Positions 54,660 through 64,000 of a stretch of 64,000 bases of DNA are shown here, piece after piece (position 1 is the stretch's first letter; each line of letters begins with the position of its first letter). A program made the translations under genes and the position numbers. The notes under the pieces were generated by a model that did not search any database, had not been told where the DNA came from, and worked only from the letters and a program-made list of their open reading frames with translations. This DNA is from Octopus vulgaris. Its lineage: Eukaryota. The DNA lies in the NCBI GenBank assembly GCA_951406725.2, contig OX597828.1, forward strand, positions 37,510,001 to 37,574,000. Reading direction: 5' to 3'.

Positions 54660-55187
54660 CTTTGCAGTGTGGTTGTTCATCCTCTTGTTCTTCCTGCTGC
54701 ATCGCTTGATGCCTTCTTCCAATCAGGACTCACGCCTTTAGCCGCAAAGAATAATCTCTAATTCGAGCCTACTCTAAGCTACTAAGAATGCGTGTGGTAA
54801 CTTGAAGATCCACCCACCACACGCGATAGACTGGCGGTTGCATGGGCGCGAAAGCTGCGTTGTTATCCTCATAATACAAACAGTGGCTTTTTAACGGGTG
54901 GAGAGCTGACCCATTCTGGGGTACAATCTAGACTTGGGTCTGAAAGTTTACCACACCATATTGAGTTACACCATGGTTCCACTGCTTTGTGGGTAGAAGT
55001 AGGAAGAAAAACTGAGAGAAAGTTGTGGTGAAAGAGTACAGCGGGGTTCACCACCACTCCCCTCCGGAGAGTCGTGGAGCTTAGGTGTTTTTTGCTCAAT
55101 AAACACTCACATGCCCGGTCTGGGAATCGAAACCGCGTTCTTACGGCCGCGAGTCCGCTGCCCTAACCACTGGGTCATTGCGCCTCC
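54660..55187 (-). mobile_element. tRNA-derived SINE, family D
   Basis: The minus-strand head ggaggcgcaatgacccagtggttagggc..ggtttcgattccc has A and B boxes; the 3' boundary is approximate. Confidence 0.75.
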
Positions 55188-55225
55188 AGTCGGTTGGTGT
55201 TGCTTAGGTGTGGATTAGTCTTGAT

Positions 55226-55765
55226 CAGTGGTTCTCCAACGGGGTCCACTTGAACCTTGTGGGGAGGGGTCCAAGTAAAAATTTGTCGTTAAAATTTATG
55301 TACAATAAATTGGTTATAATTCTAAAATGCACAAAATATTTTAATAATTATTTTAAACTTAATTTCTTATTCTGTTGTGTCTGGGGAGAGTCATTCTCTT
55401 TTGGTGCCTTATAATTTAACACACTCACTTCGTTGCGTCTTGGAACATTTTCAAACTATTGTAAAGGTTGCAAGACGCAACGAAAATTTTAGAAAAATAA
55501 AAGGTGGAAATGAGTGGAAATTTTGCCGGTGAGTGTGCTAAATTATAAGGCACTAAAAGAGAATGACACAACAGAATATGCTTCAACACACGAACTCGCA
55601 TAAAGATTCTGGCAAACCAAATCCAAAAACGAAACAATTTCTTATAATATTTATTTATAGAAAATATGTTTGTTTTTTTTTTTAGTATCGAATGGTTGTT
55701 GAGGTCTTGTGGGGTAAAATGGGAATCGAAGAGGTCCGTAGGTAAAAAATGGTTGGGAACTATTG
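55226..55765. mobile_element. hAT-type MITE
   Basis: Termini cagtggttctccaac / gttgggaactattg; degenerate 8-bp TSD gtcttgat / gttttgac. Confidence 0.75.
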
Positions 55766-56075
55766 GTTTTGACTGAACACACGTTTTATCAACGGCATTC
55801 CAACCGTGTCACTCCAGTCTTTTAGAGTGTACTTACCGCTGCATTGTCCACTATGTTTTTCTCCTTTCTTTAAAACTGTACACCAGTCGTTGGGGGGGGG
55901 GGGGCAAACTCCGGTTCGCAGGAAATACTGAGTGGGACGTCAAACGAAGAATTACTTCATGCGGTCCGTTTCTCGGGAAAATTTCGCGTGTCTCCAATAT
56001 AACGTAAATTGAAGCAGGTGTTAGAGAGGAAGAAGTGAAAAAGGAGAAGACGAAAAAGAAGGGAAGAAAAATGGT

Positions 56076-56334
56076 TGTAGTAGTAGTAGCAGCAGCAGCA
56101 TTAACAGTAGTTTTTGTAGTAGTAGTAGTAGAGGTAGTAGTAGTAGTAGTAGTAGTAGAGGTGGTAGTAGTAGAGGTAGTAGTAGTAGCGGTGTAAGTAG
56201 TAGGGGTGGTAGTAGTAGTAGTAGTAGTAGTAGAGGTGGTAGTAGTAGTAGTAGAGGTAGTAGTTGTAGTAGAGGTAGTAGTAGTAGTAGTAGTAGAGGT
56301 AGTAGTTGTAGAAGAGGTGGTAGTAGTAGTTGTT

Positions 56335-56386
<52 letters not shown>

Positions 56387-56525
56387 TTGTAGAGGTGGCA
56401 GTAGTAGTAGTAGAGGTAGTAGTTGTAGTAGTAGTAGTAATAGAAGAAGAAGAAGAAGAAGAAGAAGAAGAAGAAGAAGAAGAAGAAGAAGAAGAAGAAG
56501 AAGAAGAAGAAGGAAAAGAAGAAGT
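56076..56525. repeat. (GTA)n and (GAA)n tracts
   Basis: Directly visible. Confidence 0.95.
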
Positions 56526-57346
56526 TCAACGGACTACGTGGACGGTGACTGGTCGTCACATGTGGCAATGCAAGGTGACACCTTCTTGGTTTTAGATTAA
56601 CATCGATTCTGGGAATCGTATCAAATCGAAGTTTATAAGAAGACAGCTTTAAGTGATGTGTTTCTAACATGTTAGACAAGTATTGTGCCTATACAACAAT
56701 AGACAACATGATGTATATACATACATACGTACACAAGTATGTATGTATGTATGTATGTATGTACGTACGCATGTATGCTTGTAGATATAAATGTAGATAT
56801 ATTAATGTTTTAATATCGATTTTTTTTTGTGCACAGGTGTTTATCAATCAGTTTGTTAGGTATAGATCTACATCAGATGAATTTTTCACTGACTACATCT
56901 GTGACTGAATGGTTTTAAGCCTTGCTTAAGCTTTTTGTAAAAAGAAACGAAAAGCGGTCGCTTAATACACACACACACACACATATATATATATACTTAA
57001 GATCTTTTTCCTTTCGTACTAGATTTTGCGATTAAATCCTTGCGATATAATGGTAGTAGTAGACTGATTAATGTATATTACATCGGAACACTGGTGACAA
57101 ATACGTCACACATGCATTAACAAATACATATGCACACACACAGACACACACACACACACACACATACACAAATGTAAGAGAAAGTGAGAGGGAGAGAGAG
57201 AGGGAGAGAGGGAGAGTACGTAAAACCGAAAGTGGTGATTATTCCTTACTTTGATGTTAATCCTTTAATTCTTCACGACTTTTCAGTTCGGAAAGTGTAT
57301 TCGGTATTGAGGTTCAAAACGACCCTGGAAACATACACATACAGTT

Positions 57347-57392
<46 letters not shown>

Positions 57393-57398
57393 ACACAG

Positions 57399-57445
<47 letters not shown>

Positions 57446-59715
57446 CAGAGAGAGAGAGAGAGAAAGCTACATACATACATACACACACACATATTATACA
57501 TATAATAATGTACAAACAATGTAAGTATTTTATACACGAAAAAGGTGACATTTGACAGGACACTTACATGCTAGAAAGGGCAGTCAATATCTTTGACTGC
57601 CTTTTCTAGCATGTGAGGTGTCCTGACAAAGGTCGCCTCTTTCGTGTATAAATACTTCAATTGTTTATACACTATTATATATGAAAATATGCTGCCTATT
57701 CCTTTTATTACGCATGCTAGCCACCGGTATAAAGATTTTCCTAAATTGTCTACCCTTATTATTTTCACAGTATATATTTAATATATATATGTAACGAGAG
57801 AGAGAGAGAGAGAGAGAGGGGGGAGAGAGAGAAAGAGAGAGAGAGGGGAGAGAGAAAGTACTAGGCTTACAAAAAATATGTCCTGGGGTCGATTTGCTCG
57901 AATAAAGCGGTGCTCCAGCATGACCACAGTCATATGACTGAAACAAGTAAAAGAGTAAAAGAGTTATACTTTCTAGGAATCAGTTACTGACGCTTTGACT
58001 AAGTATTGAAGAAATTCGTAGCTCGTTATTATTTTCAGTTTCCGAAGAGTATTCTACAACGTCTCGTCTTTCAACAATTCTAGTTTTATTTGAGTTGTTT
58101 TTTTTTTTTGTTTTTTTTTTTGTAGTTTTTATACATGTTCTTATAAGAAAAGGGACTGCGGGCCGGAACGGTTTCTGAGTGGGCACTCACGAAGCTTTTC
58201 AGGGCGCGTAACGTAACCGATTTTGAGCGAGGCATAGATGGAAGGGTTTGAGAAGAAGGAGGACTAGAAGAAGAAGAAGAAGAAGAAGAAGAAGAAGAAG
58301 AAGAAGAAGAAGAAGGTGATAATGATAATGAAAAATCGACCAGATTAGTTCTTTATGTATTTCTATTATTATCAATCGAGGAAAGGTGAAAGGCAAAATC
58401 GACCTAGACAGGATTTGAACTCCTGCGCAAGAGAATTCTACCCGATGCTCCATAACATCTAACCAACAACTTATGGGTATTTATTTCATTGACTCCAATA
58501 AACACAAATAGCAATTTTTAACACTGTTTTGTGACTTCTAAAATATTTCTTTTCCATCAGATAAAAAGTCCCCAAGACGCCAGATTTTTTGTCTCTTCCA
58601 TCCTCACATCCCTCCTCAGCATAATACTTCATTCCAAAATCTTAACTCTTTTATTTTATAATTGTTGCTTATGCAAACTACAACCAGTTCCTTCGGCCCC
58701 ACTTTTCCCCCCACGTTTTTAAAACATTCTTTCGTATTTTAAATCTAACAATTGGTTGCGTGGTTTAAGAAGTTCGCTTGCCACCCACATGAGGAGAAGT
58801 TCGATCTCAATGCGTGGCATCTTGAACAAATGTCATCTACGATACCTCGGAGCCGACAAAGACGGAAGCAGTACGGAAACAACACATATGTGTGTGTGAG
58901 TGTGTGTGTATATATATATATTAGCCTGTTTGTCTGTTCATGTTTGTCCCCTCTATGTTTAGCCCCTTATGGGCAATAAAGAAATAAAATATATAATAAT
59001 AATAATAATAATGAAATTATTGTTTGTCAGAAAGTGCATATAAAGTACATGCAGTAATGTAGAAACGTCTGGAAAGTGAACATGCTTGTGTGTGTATGGA
59101 GGGGAGAAAATCAGGTGTAGTGTTGGCGAATCTCAGGATATATTAGCCTTTGTATGCGTGTACGTGTCTGTCCGTGTGTATGGCCATAATTTAGCAAAGA
59201 TCGCTAAAATAACGATCAGTCTTTAAAATGATATTCAGTATCGACTCGAACAACACTTGAACACGGTGCTCTAGTATGGACGCAATCCAATGACTAAAAT
59301 GAATATATACATCAAAATGTTAAAAATCCTAGCATATTAAAAAAAGGAAAAATGAAGGCTACAGTGGTTAATGCAGCCCTGCATACACATGAGATTACAA
59401 ATAGAAAATGAGAGCTGCAAAACTTTTGGTCAATGCTTGCTTGAGGGCTAAACATTAAACAAAAACAGATTTACTAAATATTGTGAGGGAAAATATATAC
59501 ACAACCGCCCGTATAATCAAGCGCAATTCATACAATATATATATATACATACGCATGTGTGTGTGGATGTGTGTGTGTGTGTGTGTGAAAGTAAATGAAC
59601 GGGCATTTAAGACTACTTGAAGTCATATTGAATATCTATTGATCTGTATAGTGACATCACAATGCATTATGTTTCGTTCAACCACAATTATCTGTAATGC
59701 GTATAAGTGACCTAC

Positions 59716-59804
<89 letters not shown>

Positions 59805-59805
59805 C

Positions 59806-59935
<130 letters not shown>

Positions 59936-59986
59936 GTGTCTATCTATCTATCCATCTATCAATCTATCTATCTATCCATTCATGTT

Positions 59987-60018
<32 letters not shown>

Positions 60019-60052
60019 CATACATTACATGCATACATACATACATACATTT

Positions 60053-60196
60053 ATTTCTTTATTACCCATAGGGGCTAAACATAGAGGGGACAAACAGGGA
60101 CAGACAAAGGGATTAAGTCGATTACATCGACCCTAGTGATTAACTGGTACTTATTTAATTGACCCCGAAAAAATGATAGGCAAAGTCAACCTCAGC
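60053..60196 (-). mobile_element. SINE family A, 3' part
   Basis: Reverse complement of the family A tail. Confidence 0.85.
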
Positions 60197-60502
60197 ACAT
60201 ATATGCATGTGTTTATGTTATGTATGTTTGCTAGTATGTATGTAAGTATAATTTTATTTGTATCAACAAATGGGTAGATGTGTAGTCCCTCTTTTACATT
60301 TCGCTTCCGTGTTTAAGATATGTGTGCCTAACCTTACGCCTTTTAATCCAGTACATATATAAATGTATGATTGTATGTTTATACGGATTTCGGTTCGTTT
60401 CCGGAGACCATGGACCTGCTTGTGTTTAGACTTGCTTCATTCTGTGTTGGTAGAGCTGCGTCTATTGTGGCTGCATTGAGACTCATATAAACATGACAGT
60501 CA

Positions 60503-60920
60503 AAAGGCGGCGAGCTGGCAGAATCGTTAGCATGCCGGGCGAAATGCTTTGCAGTATTTCGTCTGCCGCTACGTTCTAAGTTCAAATTCCGCCGAGGTCG
60601 ACTTTGCCTTTCACCCTTTTGGGGTCGATTAAATAAGTACCAGTTCCGCACTGGGGTTGATGTAATCGACTTAATACCTATGTCTGTCCATGTTTGTCCC
60701 CTCTATGTTTAGCCCCTTGTGGGTAATAAAGAAATAGGTATTTCGTCTGCCGCTACGTTCTAAGTTCAAATTCCGCCGAGGTCGACTTTGCCTTTCACCC
60801 TTTTGGGGTCGATTAAATAAGTACCAATTACGCACTGGGGTCGATGTAATCGACTTAATCCCTTTGTCTTTCATTCTTTGTCCCCTCTGTGTGTAGCCAC
60901 TTGCGGACAGCAAAGAAATA
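60503..60920 (+). mobile_element. Dimeric family A SINE (full copy plus 5'-truncated copy) bounded by one TSD
   Basis: The second unit starts at ~60738; the TSD ataaacatgaca(g/c)tca lies at 60487-60502 and 60921-60936. Confidence 0.9.
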
Positions 60921-60924
60921 ATAA

Positions 60925-61325
60925 ACATGACACTCAGAACAAACTGCATTGGCTGGGTATCGTACCACGATGCAGGGCCTCATCATTGGTTACGCGGTTT
61001 GTCCACTGGGATCCTGGATGCGTATCGGACAACACAGATGGTAAGAAATGCAGTATATGTTCTCGGAACAGAATATCAAGGTCTCCTTTCTGTACAGCAG
61101 CCTGCTGAGGAGTGAGCATACAAGTCACTGTAGGCTGCTTGCTTCCGTATTTTGTTATCATCGTGGATAGACGTCGGACAAGTTTGTGTGAAAACCAGCA
61201 TTTGTATACGCCGAAGGACTCCTTCCTTTTGCCACTTTACCGAATGCAAGAAACTTGGCAGAGTAGTATAGTAATGCCGAAGATTATGCAGATTATAATT
61301 GTAATGTGCAAGTCAGAAGGGTGAT
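60925..61325 (-). mobile_element. Decayed RTE LINE remnant
   Basis: SQWTNRVTNDEALHRGTIPS matches the RTE ORF2 motif W.D.V.N.EVL.R..IP. Confidence 0.6.
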
Positions 61326-61456
61326 TTCTTTTATGGCTGTCAGTTAGGTATTTATTCACAAAACCATGTACTCCAATTATTATTGGTATAAATGTAAATT
61401 TGTAATCTTGATAGAGAAGCTGGAGGTTTCGAAGCAGCTGTCATAGATATCCTATG

Positions 61457-61561
<105 letters not shown>

Positions 61562-61831
61562 GGGAAAGTAAGAAAAATAGACGAAAATGCACATTGTACA
61601 TAAAAAAATGTATAGGCTTTTTATGAAAAGTAACGAGATATATATATATATATACAATTAGATGAACTGAGGTAGGAATAAAAGTAATAAAAGTCATTAT
61701 TGTGAAATTATTAAAGAGATTCAAGCATACCGGTTTCGTAAGTTACTAATCATTGCTTTGAATACAATTATTCATTTCTTTGAATGCCCACCGATATATA
61801 TATATATATATAGATAGATAGATATGCATAC

Positions 61832-61924
<93 letters not shown>

Positions 61925-61926
<2 letters not shown>

Positions 61927-62213
61927 CCCCATCGGTCATGACTGTCCGTAGGATTGCACCTAGAAAATTACCTCCCCAGACACAAGTTCGGGCAAGGTTG
62001 TTTATGGAAGACCAGTAGTTGCCCATGCATTCCAGCCTTTCCCCCCATGCCACCGACGTTATCCAAGACAAAGGGGCCGATACAACTTGCTACCTGTGAC
62101 GTCGCAACTCATTTCTACATCTGAATGAACTGGACCAACGTGAAATAAAGTGTCTTGCTCAAGAACTCAACACGCAACCCGCTCCGGGATTCGAACTCAC
62201 AACCTCACGGTCG
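61925..62213 (-). mobile_element. SINE family C between (TA)n tracts
   Basis: Homologous to 33575-33892; B-box gagttcgaatccc on the minus strand. Confidence 0.85.
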
Positions 62214-62309
62214 TATATATATATATATATATGTATGTTTGTATGAGTATTTGCTTATGGCGTAGAAAACAGTTATCTTCTACGCAGATAGACAGTAACA
62301 CAAATAGAC

Positions 62310-62397
<88 letters not shown>

Positions 62398-63399
62398 TGA
62401 TTGATAGATAGATGAATAGGCGAGCTGATAGCTATCTAAATAAATCCATATTGATAATGGTAGTGACTGAGACATTATCTCAACAGACTATCGGTCGGTA
62501 TTAAATGCCACACGGACGCTTTGAGCCGTAACTAAACGATTCGAAATATATGAAAGACGACCGAATAAAAGATTTATAGAACAATGGAAAGAATAATGGA
62601 ATAACATAATAACGAAGCAAGTGTTCTGGAACCCATCATTCTGAATGGGTCTTCAAATGAAATCAAATTTAGTTAAATCACCGACCATTTTAATCACGTA
62701 GAAGCATATTTTATCGTTTATTGTATTATGATATATTTTCTCACACCATTATTTAAAAATTAAATGTTCTCAATCCAAAGGAATGTGCTTACGGTTGGTC
62801 ACACGACTTGCTAGATATAGCAGCCATATTTTTTAAAAAATCAGATTTCATTGTTGAGAATTCTCACGTTATCTAATAGCCGTCCCTTATTCCTCTAGTT
62901 CCATTTGTGTTGCTTCGCTTATATATATATATATTTCTATAATATAAATTGGACATGGGCGATCGTTGTGTTCTTTCTCGTCTTGAGATTCACAGCCAAA
63001 CGGCTGGGTGGATTCGAGTGAAAAATGGCACACATGTGGAGATGGGTGCATAGATTGGAATGCGGTTTGTATCTTTTTCCTAGCCCCCATACTTACCAAG
63101 AAAAACCGAATAAAACTTTTCTAATGGAAATCCCCTCTGTCTTTCGTCATTAAAACAACCAGTTGCTTAGAAGCTTGTTTTCTGATGGGGTGAGGTCAGG
63201 AAATTTCATACAACTGGAGGCTTCAATCGAAACAGGGGACCCGAAATGATAAGGTTGAGAAACGCGGTAATAGATTATGCCTAACCGAAAACGAACAAAG
63301 CCACATAATCTAAACAGACCGGGTGAAACCGGACATAGCTGCTAGTATATATATATATGTATGTATTATATCTGTTCACACAGCCATGTATATATATAT

Positions 63400-63604
63400 A
63401 TTCTTTTATTCTTTTACTTGTTTCAGTCATTTGACTGCAGCCATGCTGGAGTACTTTGGAAGCTTAGTACTTATCCTATCGGTCTCTTTCGTGGAACCGC
63501 TAGATTAGTGGGAGGTAAACGCATCAACAACGGTTGCCAAGCGATGGTGGGGAGCAAATACAGACACACAAATACATACAAACATACATACATACATACA
63601 TACA

Positions 63605-63638
<34 letters not shown>

Positions 63639-63877
63639 AGCCCATCGCATATATAAGCCCATCGCATATATATATATATATATACGATGGGCTTCTTTCA
63701 GTTTTCGTCTACCAAATCCACTCACAAGGCTTTGGTCAGCCCGAAGACACTTATATTGGAAGACACTTGCCCAATGTGCCACGCAGTGGAACTGAACCCA
63801 GAGCCATGTGGTTGCGAAGCAAGCTTCGTACCACACAGCCACGCCTACGCTTATTCTTACGTCACAGCCACGCCTGC
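63400..63877 (-). mobile_element. SINE family B
   Basis: Full head and tail in reverse complement; head duplicated (cacagccacgcct twice). Confidence 0.88.
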
Positions 63878-63878
63878 G

Positions 63879-63910
<32 letters not shown>

Positions 63911-64000
63911 TATATATAGGATAGTGTACAACAATGCACCAATATATTGATGTGTGTGTGTCTATGTATATATATATATATATATATATCTGTATGTATG

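Noticed and set aside
55100-55187. tRNA-like sequence
   Set aside because: It is a SINE head with A/B boxes, without a complete cloverleaf.

Overview
AT-rich, microsatellite-saturated animal DNA with no recognisable host protein-coding exon. Nearly all listed ORFs are translations of (TA)n/(CA)n/(TATG)n/(GATA)n/trinucleotide tracts. The SINE families and repeat texture suggest an octopus genome (inference). The window is a patchwork of tRNA-derived SINEs, decayed mariner/Tc1/maT transposases, CR1/Jockey/RTE LINE remnants, two non-autonomous Helitrons, MITEs and Penelope-like elements (PLEs). The most striking signal is a set of about 14 minimal type I hammerhead ribozyme (HHR) motifs from at least five sequence families. 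Most sit in short non-coding elements next to (TA)n tracts, and many carry non-canonical cores (CCGANGA, TTGACGA, CTGTNGA) and palindromic stems III that cannot close within one copy. One HHR lies downstream of an uninterrupted PLE GIY-YIG coding stretch (81-1240). A very young ORF-less element (49263-50444) has two direct HHRs exactly 574 nt apart plus an inverted third copy, as expected for a retrozyme or non-autonomous PLE that could produce a self-cleaved, possibly circular, 574-nt RNA. All assignments come from manual reading and motif recognition; no searches or folding programs were run, and boundaries of decayed repeats are approximate.
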